Shown: positions 1 to 9,724 of the stretch, one piece after another
How positions within the stretch are numbered: the first letter of the stretch is position 1
How the letters are laid out: every line of letters begins with the position of its first letter
DNA from: Pseudomonadales bacterium
GTDB lineage: Bacteria; Pseudomonadota; Gammaproteobacteria; Pseudomonadales; IMCC2047
Direction: 5' to 3'
Assembly: GCA_965230515.1 (NCBI GenBank)
Contig: OZ246007.1
Location: 2,585,270 to 2,649,269, forward strand
DNA length: 64,000 bases
Made by a program: the position numbers and the translations under genes
Notes under the pieces: model-generated
Seen by the model: only the letters and a program-made list of their open reading frames with translations
Databases searched by the model: none
Told to the model about the DNA's origin: nothing

Positions 1-255
1 ATTATAGGGCATCATGTTGATAATGTTTGTAAGTTATCCGCTATTTTTTCCACTCTCTGCCTTATCCTTTCATGATGCAAGAAGCAAACAGATGACAGCG
101 TCTCTTTCCTTTGTTTATTAAAAGGTATCTAATGCAGCTATCCTTTTTAAATCAACAATTTCCGTTCGTTCCTTTAGAATATAGGCATAACTTGGGGTTT
201 TAGCCAGTTGACCGGCTAATTATTTCAGGAATTAATCGTTTATAGCCGGTTTAAT

Positions 256-1290
256 TTAAACGGTTGTCCTGATAGGGGTTTTCGAGTCTTTGCCCGGCTC
301 TTCCACGACCAGCTTCGGGACCAAATAGCCAGGCAGCCTTATCAGCATTTCGCGGTGCAGATCTCGTGCAACCTGGAGTTCAGTATCGTAGTGAGCTGCA
401 TGCTGTACCTTGTCCATCAAATGCAGGTAGTAGGGCAGGACGCCGGCTTCAAACAGTTTTTCACTTAATTGAAGCAATGTTTCGGGTCGGTCATTGACAC
501 CCTTTAACAATACGCTTTGATTCAACAGCATGATCTGATTGCTGCTGAGTAGAGAAAGTACCTGCATGACTTCCTTGTCTATTTCATTGGCGTGGTTGAT
601 ATGCAAAACCAGTGATATTTTTAGGCGCGATTCGGTCATCCAATCGACCAACTCTTCGGTGACACGCTGAGGGATCACTACAGGTACTCTGGTATGAATA
701 CGCAATCGTTTGACATGGGCTATATCCGCAATCTGCCGGGTTAGCCTTGCCAGTTTTTTGTCGCTGTTAACCAGTGGATCTCCACCGCTGTATATCACCT
801 CGGTGATCGTTGGATTATTGCGGATGTAGTCCAGTGCCGGTAACCATTGCAGGCTGCTGTTCTGGTTGTTCTGATAGTCAAAATGGCGGCGAAAACAGTA
901 GCGGCAATGTATGGCGCAGGCAGCACCGAGGATCAGCAGCACACGTCCATGGTATTTGTGGATGATGCCGGGAAGTATATTGCTGTCAGCTTCATTTAAC
1001 GGATCATTGGTGTAGCCGGGCGTAGTGATTATTTCTTCGCTGTAAGAGAGTACTTGACGCAATAGCGGATCATCAATATCTCCTGGAGCGATTCTTTCAA
1101 CATAGCATTGAGGTACCCGAATCGGGAACTGTTCCGGTATGCAGTAGTGTTGCTTGACAGCTTCAGGGCAGTTCCCGGTTGCTGCCAGCAGTTCCGGCAC
1201 ACTGGAGATGGCGCCGGACAGTGCTTTCTGCCAACTTGGCGCATGTACTCCAGTTGCGGTTCGGGGTATCATTACGTCCATTTTATTCAT
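256..1290 (-). CDS. epmB: EF-P beta-lysylation protein EpmB (lysine 2,3-aminomutase family, radical SAM)
   Basis: Radical SAM CxxxCxxC motif (CAIHCRYCFRRH) and KamA/YjeK-like sequence. Divergent from efp, as in E. coli yjeK-efp. Start trimmed to the ATG at 1290 (MNKMDVM...) because the longer ORF would run through efp. Confidence 0.85.
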   Translation of the reverse strand: MNKMDVMIPRTATGVHAPSWQKALSGAISSVPELLAATGNCPEAVKQHYCIPEQFPIRVPQCYVERIAPGDIDDPLLRQVLSYSEEIITTPGYTNDPLNEADSNILPGIIHKYHGRVLLILGAACAIHCRYCFRRHFDYQNNQNSSLQWLPALDYIRNNPTITEVIYSGGDPLVNSDKKLARLTRQIADIAHVKRLRIHTRVPVVIPQRVTEELVDWMTESRLKISLVLHINHANEIDKEVMQVLSLLSSNQIMLLNQSVLLKGVNDRPETLLQLSEKLFEAGVLPYYLHLMDKVQHAAHYDTELQVARDLHREMLIRLPGYLVPKLVVEEPGKDSKTPIRTTV

Positions 1291-1314
1291 AGCTATTATC
1301 AACAGTGAGGCAAT

Positions 1315-1887
1315 ATGGCTAGCTATTCTACCAATGAATTTCGCTCCGGTCTTAAAGTAATGCTGGAAGGCGAACCCTGTAGCATACTGGAAAATGAGTT
1401 TGTTAAGCCCGGCAAGGGGCAGGCGTTTAATCGCGTCAAATTGCGCAATTTGAAAAACGGCCGTGTATGGGAGCGTACTTTCAAGTCGGGTGAAAGCCTG
1501 GAGGGAGCAGATGTTGTCGACCTTGACATGGAATATCTCTACTCGGATGGAGAATTCTGGCACTTCATGATGACCGATGGATCCTTTGAGCAGCATGCGG
1601 CTGACAAAAATGCCGTAGCCGATGCGATTGACTGGCTAAAAGAGCAGGATAAGTTTAGCGTCACGCTCTATAACGGTGCAGTGCTATCGGTAACGCCCCC
1701 TAATTTTGTCGAACTGGAGGTTGTTGAAACAGATCCCGGTTTAAAGGGCGATACGGCGCAGGGTGGAAGTAAACCGGCAACTCTTACAACAGGTGCGGTT
1801 GTTCGCGTGCCTTTATTTGTCAACATTGGTGACGTGTTGCGTATTGATACGCGTTCGGGTGAGTACCAGAACCGGGTTACCAAATAG
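1315..1887 (+). CDS. efp: Elongation factor P
   Basis: 190 aa. The N-terminus [15 protein letters not shown]...[17 protein letters not shown] is typical EF-P and includes the modifiable Lys in the KPGKGQAF loop. Confidence 0.95.
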   Translation: MASYSTNEFRSGLKVMLEGEPCSILENEFVKPGKGQAFNRVKLRNLKNGRVWERTFKSGESLEGADVVDLDMEYLYSDGEFWHFMMTDGSFEQHAADKNAVADAIDWLKEQDKFSVTLYNGAVLSVTPPNFVELEVVETDPGLKGDTAQGGSKPATLTTGAVVRVPLFVNIGDVLRIDTRSGEYQNRVTK

Positions 1888-1934
1888 TAAATCAGAGAGT
1901 ATCCGGAAACTAAAACCAAGGTGTTATACGTATC

Positions 1935-2870
1935 TTGATTAACTCAGACTGGAAACCATCTGTTTCGCCTGAGGCGATTGAGCTTCGTGCAAAAGTTTAC
2001 AGGCAAATACGCAACTATTTTGATTCCCGGAAGGTGACAGAGGTGGAAACACCTCTGTTATCGCCTGCCGGCAACACCGATCCGAATATTGAAAGCCTGA
2101 CAACATCAAATCCCAATTGTTATTTGCAAACATCACCCGAGTTTGCCATGAAGCGTTTGTTGGCGAGCGGATCCGGATCAATCTACCAGATCTGTAAGGC
2201 ATTTAGAAATGGAGAATCAGGGCGCCGGCATCGCATCGAATTCACAATGCTGGAATGGTACAGGGTCGGTTTTGACTATCATCAGTTGATGGCGGATGTT
2301 GCTGCGCTGTTGAGTGTCTTACTGGGTAACAAATCGGTAAAAAAAATTAGCTATAAAGCGCTGTTTGAAGAACATTTGCATATCAACCCGCATTTGGTTG
2401 ATCGTTCTGATCTGGTAAAACTGGTGCAGCGTGAAGTGGATTACCAGGTGGCTGAAAACGATAGCAGGGATCTGCTGTTGGAGTTGCTGATGACCCATTT
2501 GGTCGAGCCAAAAATGGATCCAGCTGTATTGGTTTTTATACATGATTATCCCGCCAGTCAGTGTGCATTGGCAGAAGTTGACGATGATGATGAAGGTAAT
2601 GCTATCGCACGACGTTTCGAGCTATACAGTGGCGGATTCGAGCTCGCTAACGGATATCAGGAGTTAACGGACTGGCAGGAGCAGCAGAAGCGTTTTACCG
2701 AAGAAAACCGAAAACGAAAGACAAAAGGCTTGCCGGAAATTGTACCAGATAACCTTTTGGTGAGTGCGTTGCAGCACGGACTGCCCCAGTGTTCAGGTGT
2801 AGCCCTGGGGTTGGATCGGTTATTGATGCTGATGCTTGGTACTGATCATATTGATACGGTTGCTTTTTAG
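1935..2870 (+). CDS. epmA: EF-P-lysine lysyltransferase EpmA (PoxA/GenX, truncated class II LysRS paralog)
   Basis: 311 aa with class II aaRS core motifs (FRNGESGRRHRIEFTMLEWY, FELANGYQEL, GVALGLDRLLML). TTG start. Lies immediately downstream of efp. Confidence 0.85.
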   Translation: MINSDWKPSVSPEAIELRAKVYRQIRNYFDSRKVTEVETPLLSPAGNTDPNIESLTTSNPNCYLQTSPEFAMKRLLASGSGSIYQICKAFRNGESGRRHRIEFTMLEWYRVGFDYHQLMADVAALLSVLLGNKSVKKISYKALFEEHLHINPHLVDRSDLVKLVQREVDYQVAENDSRDLLLELLMTHLVEPKMDPAVLVFIHDYPASQCALAEVDDDDEGNAIARRFELYSGGFELANGYQELTDWQEQQKRFTEENRKRKTKGLPEIVPDNLLVSALQHGLPQCSGVALGLDRLLMLMLGTDHIDTVAF

Positions 2871-3724
2871 TCTTTGAGTTGGCCGATTTGCTGACCTAAA
2901 CGGACAACCTCTTCGGCTTGCAGCGCTTTGTCCCAGGAAATCATATCCTTGCCAAATAGCAGGATCACGGTAGAGCCGAGCTTGAATTGACCCATTTCCT
3001 CGCTCTTGCCGAGTTTTACAGGATGTCCATAATTGAACTGTTGCAGTTTCCTTTTTGGTGGAGTGACCAGCCCTGCCCAGGTTGTTTCAATACTGGCGAC
3101 GATCATCGCACCCACCATCACCATAGCCATTGGCCCCTGTTCGGTTTCAAACAGCGCTACCATCCGCTCGTTGCGGGCAAACAGGCGGGGAATCTGGTTT
3201 GCTGTTAACGGGCTCACGGAAAACAGTCGGCCTGGTACGTAAATCATCTGCCTAAGCTCGCCGGTCAATGGCATATGCACGCGGTGATAGTCTTTGGGGG
3301 AAAGGTAGATAGTGGCAAATTTTCCGTCTTCAAACAGATCGGCCATTTCCTGTGAGCCGCCAAGTAGCTCGCGGGTGGAGAAATCGTGGCCTTTCGCCTG
3401 GAATATTTGGCCCTGCTCAATATTGCCTATCTGACTGATCGCGCCATCGGCGGGGCAGGCGATTTCGTTTTCATGCTCGGGGAATTTGCGGGCATCAGGC
3501 TTTAGCGCGCGGGTAAAAAAGTCATTAAAACATGCATAATTTTCAGGCACAGGATCAGCAGCTTCCGCCATATTAACCTTGTATGAGCTAATGAACTGCC
3601 TGATTAGCACGTTTTTAATCAACGGCCACCGGCATTCGGCGATAAAACCGATCAGGCGGGACAGCAGGTGATGCGGCAAAATGAACTGGGCAATCGTAAA
3701 TAGAAATTCTTTGATAACGGTCAA
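2867..3724 (-). CDS. psd: Phosphatidylserine decarboxylase proenzyme
   Basis: Aligns by eye along its length to E. coli Psd (YLSPKDYHRVHMP, NERMVALFETEQGPMAMVMVGA). The LGST self-cleavage motif is present (FKLGSTVILLF). Start set to the TTG at 3724, behind an AGGT. The longer ORF overlaps the upstream rhodanese gene. Confidence 0.85.
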   Translation of the reverse strand: MTVIKEFLFTIAQFILPHHLLSRLIGFIAECRWPLIKNVLIRQFISSYKVNMAEAADPVPENYACFNDFFTRALKPDARKFPEHENEIACPADGAISQIGNIEQGQIFQAKGHDFSTRELLGGSQEMADLFEDGKFATIYLSPKDYHRVHMPLTGELRQMIYVPGRLFSVSPLTANQIPRLFARNERMVALFETEQGPMAMVMVGAMIVASIETTWAGLVTPPKRKLQQFNYGHPVKLGKSEEMGQFKLGSTVILLFGKDMISWDKALQAEEVVRLGQQIGQLKD

Positions 3725-3755
3725 AATAATTACCTGGGTTGGTGAGCGTGATGAT

Positions 3756-4580
3756 TCAGGTTTCGATCGGTGTGTGTGGGTCGTTGCCCCACTCGGACCA
3801 GGATCCGGGGTAGGCTTTGATCCGCTCAAACCCCAGCGCTTTACCAAGTAGGTAGGTGAAACCGGATCGATGGTGTGTCTGGCAGTGGGTTACGATTTCC
3901 TTGTCGCCGGTGATTCCCAGTCTGGCCAATTCTTCGCGCACAGTTTCCAGATCTCGAATACGCAGGGCGCGCTCACTATCCATGGCGTTGGTCCATTCGT
4001 AATTTGCAGCGCCTGGAATATGTCCGGCTCGGGTTGAACCGGATTTTTGTCCGCTATACTCAAGTGGACCGCGGGCATCCCAGATAATGAAATCTTTCGA
4101 TTCCAGGCGTGATTTAATGTAATCAATATCCGCCATCGGTCCGTTATGGATACTCAGCTCAACCGACCGCGAACGGGGCTGATTTTGGCCGGATTCAATT
4201 GTAAGGTTTGCGTCTTTCCAGGCATGAATGCCACCGTTCAGATAAGAGTATTTTCGGTGACCAATAACATCCAGTGTCCAGATTAACCTTCCGGCCCAGC
4301 CGCCGCCTTCATCATCATAAGCCACTACATGGGTGTCGGGCGTCAAACCCAGATAACCAAAGGTTTTATTCAGTTGTTCGAGATCCGGCAACTTGCCGGG
4401 CGCCGGTGGCGTACCTAGCAGCAATGCCTGATAAGGCAAAAACAGCGCCCCCGGAACATGGGCTTGCAGGTAATCCGCTTCTTTGCCAAGATCGATCACC
4501 AACAGTTTTTCATCATTCAGATGAGTTCGCAGGGTTTCCGGTTCGATAATCAGGGATAATGAATCTTGAGGGTCTGCCAT
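3756..4580 (-). CDS. Thiosulfate sulfurtransferase, tandem rhodanese domains (RhdA-like)
   Basis: Two rhodanese domains. The active-site loop CQTHHRSG matches the Azotobacter RhdA-type loop. The ATG at 4580 is preceded by GAGAAGGA. Rhodanese next to psd is known from Pseudomonas. Confidence 0.8.
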   Translation of the reverse strand: MADPQDSLSLIIEPETLRTHLNDEKLLVIDLGKEADYLQAHVPGALFLPYQALLLGTPPAPGKLPDLEQLNKTFGYLGLTPDTHVVAYDDEGGGWAGRLIWTLDVIGHRKYSYLNGGIHAWKDANLTIESGQNQPRSRSVELSIHNGPMADIDYIKSRLESKDFIIWDARGPLEYSGQKSGSTRAGHIPGAANYEWTNAMDSERALRIRDLETVREELARLGITGDKEIVTHCQTHHRSGFTYLLGKALGFERIKAYPGSWSEWGNDPHTPIET

Positions 4581-4675
4581 TGTAGTCCTTCTCAATCAGT
4601 GCCAATGCTGTTCAGGTGGCATTGTAAAGTAAGGTTGCCGGATGTGGAACACGCAGAACGTAAAGGAGAAAAGAA

Positions 4676-5386
4676 TTGCAGTTTGAAGCACCTTTGATTG
4701 AAGCGAAACTCATCAAGCGCTACAAGCGTTTTCTTGCCGATGTGAAATTCCCGGATGGCAGGCAAATAACTGTGCATTGTCCCAATACAGGCAGTATGAA
4801 AAATTGTGCTGAACCGGGTAGTCGGGTTTGGCTGGCTGATTCGAAGAATCCGAAACGAAAATACCGCTACAGTTGGCAACTGGTGGAAACAACTCCCGGT
4901 GAGCTGGCTTGTATCCATTCTGCGCTGGCTAACGGGCTGGTTAAAAATGCTCTGGAAGAGCAAAGAATTCCTGAATTGGCTGGATATGATGAAATTAAAA
5001 CGGAGGTCAGGTACGGACAGGAAAAAAGCCGTATAGATTTGCTGCTCGAAAAGCCCGATGAGCAGTGCTTTGTAGAAATAAAAAGCGTCACCCTGGCTAT
5101 GGGAGGGGGGTTGGGCTTATTTCCCGATGCGGTGAGCGCAAGAGGCACCAAACATCTTCGGGAGCTGATTGAAATTAAAAGGAGAGGGGCCAGAGCAGTA
5201 CTTTTCTACTGTGTTCAACACACTGGTATAGATCATGTTGCAGCAGCAGATAAAATTGATCCCGTTTACGGCGAGACATTACGAAAAGCACTCGCTGCAG
5301 GAGTCGAGGTGCTGGCCTATGGCACAGATATTTCGCCGTCAGTGATAAAGCTGACGGAGGCGATCAAGTTTGTGGCGGATCGATAA
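4676..5386 (+). CDS. sfsA: Sugar fermentation stimulation protein SfsA (DNA-binding/nuclease-like)
   Basis: 236 aa. The N-terminus LIKRYKRFLADV...HCPNTGSM and the C-terminal core (EIKSVTL...FPDAVSARGTKHLREL) are typical SfsA. TTG start. Confidence 0.85.
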   Translation: MQFEAPLIEAKLIKRYKRFLADVKFPDGRQITVHCPNTGSMKNCAEPGSRVWLADSKNPKRKYRYSWQLVETTPGELACIHSALANGLVKNALEEQRIPELAGYDEIKTEVRYGQEKSRIDLLLEKPDEQCFVEIKSVTLAMGGGLGLFPDAVSARGTKHLRELIEIKRRGARAVLFYCVQHTGIDHVAAADKIDPVYGETLRKALAAGVEVLAYGTDISPSVIKLTEAIKFVADR

Positions 5387-5468
5387 AGTATCATTGAAAA
5401 AGCCGTGAACAACCCCATTGATAGGAGCTGGTTTTCGAAATAGTCACCTATTAAAAGAAAGTATGTAA

Positions 5469-6272
5469 ATGGACAATAAATCCCTACAGGCAGTTTTTTA
5501 CCAGTTTCGCAGTAACAAATCGTTTGAGCTATTCGTTGTTTTCGTGATTATCAGCTCAGCCTTGCTGATCGGAGCCAAGACCTATGAGCTATCCCCGCCG
5601 GCGCAGACGCTTTTGTTCTGGATGGATAGCGGTATTACAGCCATTTTTTTGATCGAGATAATAATCCGTTTTCTAGGTGAGGAACAAAAAACCCGTTTTT
5701 TGCTGAGACCCTGGAATCTGTTTGATACATTGATTGTTCTGGTCAGCGTGATCCCTATCGATAATTCGGATATGGCGCTGCTTGGACGTTTGGTGCGGGT
5801 GTTCCGCGTGTTGAGAATGGTATCCATCATTCCCGAGCTGCGTTTGCTGATTAACTCCCTGATCAAGGCGCTGCCGCAGCTGGGCTATGTAATCGCGTTG
5901 ATGTTTATTATTTTTTACATCTATGCGGCGGTCGGTAGCATGTTTTTCGATAAGATTAATCCGGTGCTCTGGGGGGATATTGCTCATGCGATGTTGACCC
6001 TGTTCCGCGTCATGACCTTTGAGGACTGGACCGATGTGATGTATGAAACCATGGAAGTTTATCCGCTCAGCTGGACTTACTATCTCTCGTTTATCTTCTT
6101 TACGGCCTTTGCCTTTCTTAACATGGTGATCGGAATTGTTGTGCAGGTGCTGGAGCAGGAAAGCCGGCGCATGGAGGCCGAGAATACTGGTGAACAGCCT
6201 GTGTCACTGGAGCATTTACACAGGGAAATTCTGGACTTAAAGCAGATGTTGCGGGAAAAGGATGGAAGCTGA
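5469..6272 (+). CDS. Voltage-gated ion channel, single-domain 6TM BacNaV/NaChBac family
   Basis: 267 aa. S4 has Arg at every third position (RLVRVFRVLRMV). Pore loop is LTLFRVMTFEDWTDVMY. C-terminal coiled-coil-like tail. Confidence 0.8.
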   Translation: MDNKSLQAVFYQFRSNKSFELFVVFVIISSALLIGAKTYELSPPAQTLLFWMDSGITAIFLIEIIIRFLGEEQKTRFLLRPWNLFDTLIVLVSVIPIDNSDMALLGRLVRVFRVLRMVSIIPELRLLINSLIKALPQLGYVIALMFIIFYIYAAVGSMFFDKINPVLWGDIAHAMLTLFRVMTFEDWTDVMYETMEVYPLSWTYYLSFIFFTAFAFLNMVIGIVVQVLEQESRRMEAENTGEQPVSLEHLHREILDLKQMLREKDGS

Positions 6273-6284
6273 TTGGAGACAAAC

Positions 6285-6623
6285 TTACTCGGTTTTGCGG
6301 GTAGTGGCATCATCCAGAGCAATACTGCCGTCCATTATTGTAAAGGGAACCGGAGTAAGATTGCGGCCTTTACACGGCCCCATGATGCAATAGCCATTCT
6401 CCATTGTGAACAGCGCACCATGGGTTGAGCATTGCAGATATTGCTGATCAAAGCTTAAAAAATCATTTGGCTGCCAGTCCAGATTTATACCGGTATGAGG
6501 GCAACGGTTCTGGTATACGAATATACGGCCATCCTTTTTAACAACAATCAACTTTTGCCCGTTCAATTCAAAACCTCTGGCATTTTGTTCAGGGACGTCG
6601 TCAATATGACAGATGTTGGTCAT
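6285..6623 (-). CDS. Small Rieske [2Fe-2S] domain protein
   Basis: CPH...(17 aa)...CSTHG gives the Rieske CxH / CxxH ligand pairs. 112 aa. Its ATG overlaps the stop of the upstream transporter gene (ATGA). Confidence 0.75.
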   Translation of the reverse strand: MTNICHIDDVPEQNARGFELNGQKLIVVKKDGRIFVYQNRCPHTGINLDWQPNDFLSFDQQYLQCSTHGALFTMENGYCIMGPCKGRNLTPVPFTIMDGSIALDDATTRKTE

Positions 6624-7918
6624 GAGTCCGTATCTTTATTGTATTCATCCAAATCGGAAAGGTCATTGAACTGATCCCGGTCTAACAGGGTTTCGCTGTT
6701 GGCAATCACAGTGGAGACCATGGAATCACCACTGACGTTGACAACCGTACGCATCATGTCAAGCAGACGATCGACACCAATAATCACAGCGATTCCTTCC
6801 ACCGGCAGGCCTACCTGCTGTAGAACCATTGCCAGCGTGATTAGCCCTACGCCCGGCACACCTGCTGCGCCGACTGAAGCCAGGGTGGCGGTGGCAATGA
6901 CCATGAGATAACCGCCCAGACCAATATCCACATTAAAAGCCTGCGCAATGAAAACCGTGGCTACACCTTGCATAATGGCGGTGCCATCCATATTGACAGT
7001 GGCTCCAAGTGGCAGCGTGAAAGAGGCCACAGAGTTGTCAACACCCAGGCGATGTTCTGCGACATTTAACGTGACCGGCAAGGTTGCACTGCTGGAGGAT
7101 GTGCTGAATGCAAATAACATGGCAGGTCGAATATTGGTATAAAAGGTGAGCGGGCTCAGCCGGGTCAGACTGACCAATATTAGTGAATAGACACCGATAC
7201 CGTGCAGCACCAACACCAGCACCACGGTTAAAAAGTATTTAATCAGGTCAGCAATTGCACCATAGCCCAGGTTGGCGAACAATTTGGCGATCATGCAGAA
7301 CACACCATAGGGTGCCAGGTGCATCAGAATGACCACCATCTTCATGACCACTTCGTTAAACTGTATGAAAAATGATTGTACCTGTCGCCCGGGTTCCCCG
7401 CTTTTCGAAACCGCAACGCCCATTAATATTGAAAAAACAATAACCTGGAGCATATTGCCTTCAGCCATCGCCTTAATCGGGTTGCTTGGGAATATATTGA
7501 TAAAGACATCTTTGATTGAGGGCGCTTCTTTGGGTACAAAGGTGATTTGCTCGCCCATATTCATGCCGACCCCGGGCTGTATCAGGTTGGCAACCAGCAA
7601 CGCAAGGCTGATTGCGATCGCAGTCGTTAACAGGTAAAGCGACAGGGTCTTGATAGCCATGGCACCCATGCGTGTGTTATCACCGAGCGCACTGCAACCG
7701 CATACCAGCGAAACGAATACCAGAGGTACAACCAACAGCTTGAGTGAGTTGAGGAAAATGGCGCCAATCACGTCAAGAACGCCATCCACAAAGGCCCAGG
7801 CAATCCACTCATTAACAGCGACCGGCACCCAGCTGCTTTGGTTGAGCAGATTGATGATAATGCCCAGTATCAGTCCCAGACCCATACCGAGTAAAATGCG
7901 AGTGGTCAGATTCATCAA
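6620..7918 (-). CDS. Dicarboxylate/amino acid:cation symporter (DAACS/GltP family)
   Basis: 432 aa polytopic membrane protein. DAACS-type motifs present (SSSATLPVT, NMDGTA, DRLLDMMRT). Confidence 0.85.
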   Translation of the reverse strand: MMNLTTRILLGMGLGLILGIIINLLNQSSWVPVAVNEWIAWAFVDGVLDVIGAIFLNSLKLLVVPLVFVSLVCGCSALGDNTRMGAMAIKTLSLYLLTTAIAISLALLVANLIQPGVGMNMGEQITFVPKEAPSIKDVFINIFPSNPIKAMAEGNMLQVIVFSILMGVAVSKSGEPGRQVQSFFIQFNEVVMKMVVILMHLAPYGVFCMIAKLFANLGYGAIADLIKYFLTVVLVLVLHGIGVYSLILVSLTRLSPLTFYTNIRPAMLFAFSTSSSSATLPVTLNVAEHRLGVDNSVASFTLPLGATVNMDGTAIMQGVATVFIAQAFNVDIGLGGYLMVIATATLASVGAAGVPGVGLITLAMVLQQVGLPVEGIAVIIGVDRLLDMMRTVVNVSGDSMVSTVIANSETLLDRDQFNDLSDLDEYNKDTDS

Positions 7919-7932
7919 CGTCCCCTTTTTAT

Positions 7933-8940
7933 TTATTGTATTGCCGGAAGCAGGTGCAGCCCACCGTCGGAGTGAGTAGTGTTGAGGTCGCGTTCTATCT
8001 GATATGGACCGAGATTGCGTTCAAATATTTCGCCGTAATGTCCGAGTTGTGATATCACCCGGGTGGCCCAGTTCTCCTCCAGTCCCAGGCTGATACCACT
8101 GAGTCCGGCCGCGGCGAGCAGCGTTGCCGGCTCCTGTTTATCTGCCGTAGCACTAGCAGTCAGTTTAGTAATGCCAGCAGATTCGGCGTTGATTAGCAGG
8201 TATGTGGTCCAGCGTATAATCTTAAACCACTGAGCGTCTTGCTGTCTTATGATCGGCCCCAGGGCGCGAGTGCTTGCCGGATTTGCAATGATCAGCATGG
8301 CCGGACTGGCGTTGAAACCTTTTCGCGTGATATAGAGTTGTGAAACCGGGCCACTGAGTGCGTCACACTGACCATTCTCAAACGCTTTTGCCGCTATACC
8401 GAAAGATGGAAAGTGATTCTCCTGAATAAAAAAACCGAGTGATTTACCCAGCTTATCGTTACCCGGGCTTACACAAATACGAATACCTTTCAGGTCTTTC
8501 AGCTGGTGTATCTGGCTGGCGCTCTGAACCAGAAAACCCTGTTGTTCATAAAACCAGGGTGCGACATAGGTTAAGCCCAGTACAGTATCCAGTTTCATGG
8601 TCCAGCGATTGTGACGCACCAACAGATCCACATCGCCTGATTGCAGTTCGGTATAGCCTTGCGTGAGAGGCAGTGGAATAAACCGAACCTGGCGGGCATC
8701 ACCCAGCGTGGCAGCTGCGACCGCGCGGCAGAAGTCTACCTCAAAACCGTTCCAGCCCTGTGGTGAGCGGATCGAGAATCCGGGCAGACTGGCGTGTACT
8801 CCACAGTTGAGAAAACCTCTTTGACGGACGTTTTCCAGGGTAGAGCTGCCCTGAGCTGTAACAGTTAAAAACAGGCAGGCTAATGCGAAACACAAAGTAC
8901 TTATGCTGGTCTTTTTAAGAACTGTTTTGCCCATAGCCAT
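7933..8940 (-). CDS. Periplasmic amino-acid-binding protein (ABC-type family 3 SBP, AapJ-like)
   Basis: Signal peptide and SBP_bac_3-like sequence (RQRGFLNCGV..., GDVDLLVRH). No permease or ATPase gene is adjacent. Confidence 0.65.
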   Translation of the reverse strand: MAMGKTVLKKTSISTLCFALACLFLTVTAQGSSTLENVRQRGFLNCGVHASLPGFSIRSPQGWNGFEVDFCRAVAAATLGDARQVRFIPLPLTQGYTELQSGDVDLLVRHNRWTMKLDTVLGLTYVAPWFYEQQGFLVQSASQIHQLKDLKGIRICVSPGNDKLGKSLGFFIQENHFPSFGIAAKAFENGQCDALSGPVSQLYITRKGFNASPAMLIIANPASTRALGPIIRQQDAQWFKIIRWTTYLLINAESAGITKLTASATADKQEPATLLAAAGLSGISLGLEENWATRVISQLGHYGEIFERNLGPYQIERDLNTTHSDGGLHLLPAIQ

Positions 8941-8977
8941 ACTCTAGAGTCTGCATTGGTGACTTGCAAGCGCTCCG

Positions 8978-9724
8978 CTATTCCATTTCCTTTTCGGCAG
9001 AGAACCGTATGTCTCCATAAAAAGCGGTTGCCTGAGAGCTACTGTTATCACTGTCCGTCATTATCGCAACCGCAGAAACGGGTGGTGGAGACCGGCCAAA
9101 GCTGGCCTGATAGTCGTCTCTGATGTTCCTTTGGTGCTCTACCCAGTCGCCGATATCCTGGTTATTGTTATTAACGCTGATCATCATGACATCGCTGCTA
9201 TAGGGGTTTTTCAGCCGGCTGCCAATGGGGCTATTGTTGGCCCAGATATAATTAATGGCGTGGGTGTGTTCTTTATTGTCTGCTGAAAGTTGTCGCCAAA
9301 ACCGGGACCAGCGGCTTTCGTCCGGTTGCGGGGCATTAAAGATAATATAAAGTCGAGCGGCGTGATCATCATCTGCACGACGGTCATCCTGATTCGCACT
9401 CGGCCTTCGGATAACCTTCCAGCGCCATTTTAAAATAGGGTATTTTGCAGTATCTATAGTGACTGTTTTAACCAAACCTGATGCGCTGGCATTGCTGTTA
9501 GCTCGGATTACGTTGCTGTCGTTATCCTTTACCAGGCTGTAGCGGGTTTCCTTTTTGACGCTTTTAAAACGATAGGGTTGCCAGTCCCGGAAAATCTGCT
9601 CCGGCTTGCCGGTTGAAAAATAACCGATGACCTGTTGCTGTTCCGTATTTGTAAGGGTTTGTGCCAGCGCCTGACTGGTCGACGCGACAATCAACAGAAC
9701 AGACAGGAATCGAGCGATCGACAT
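8978..9724 (-). CDS. Secreted DUF3047-like protein
   Basis: Signal peptide (…ASTSQALAQ). Pattern TRYSLVKDNDSNVIRANSNASASGL...YPILKWRWKV recalled as DUF3047. Function unknown. Confidence 0.5.
   Translation of the reverse strand: MSIARFLSVLLIVASTSQALAQTLTNTEQQQVIGYFSTGKPEQIFRDWQPYRFKSVKKETRYSLVKDNDSNVIRANSNASASGLVKTVTIDTAKYPILKWRWKVIRRPSANQDDRRADDDHAARLYIIFNAPQPDESRWSRFWRQLSADNKEHTHAINYIWANNSPIGSRLKNPYSSDVMMISVNNNNQDIGDWVEHQRNIRDDYQASFGRSPPPVSAVAIMTDSDNSSSQATAFYGDIRFSAEKEME

Noticed and set aside
1291-1596. 102-codon N-terminal extension of the epmB ORF (256-1596)
   Set aside because: The extension runs antisense through the efp coding region and has no similarity to the KamA family. The ATG at 1290 gives a normal-length EpmB.
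3725-3847. Upstream extension of the psd ORF
   Set aside because: It overlaps the 3' end of the rhodanese gene and is Pro/Ser/Thr-rich with no Psd similarity. Similarity to E. coli Psd begins right after the TTG at 3724.
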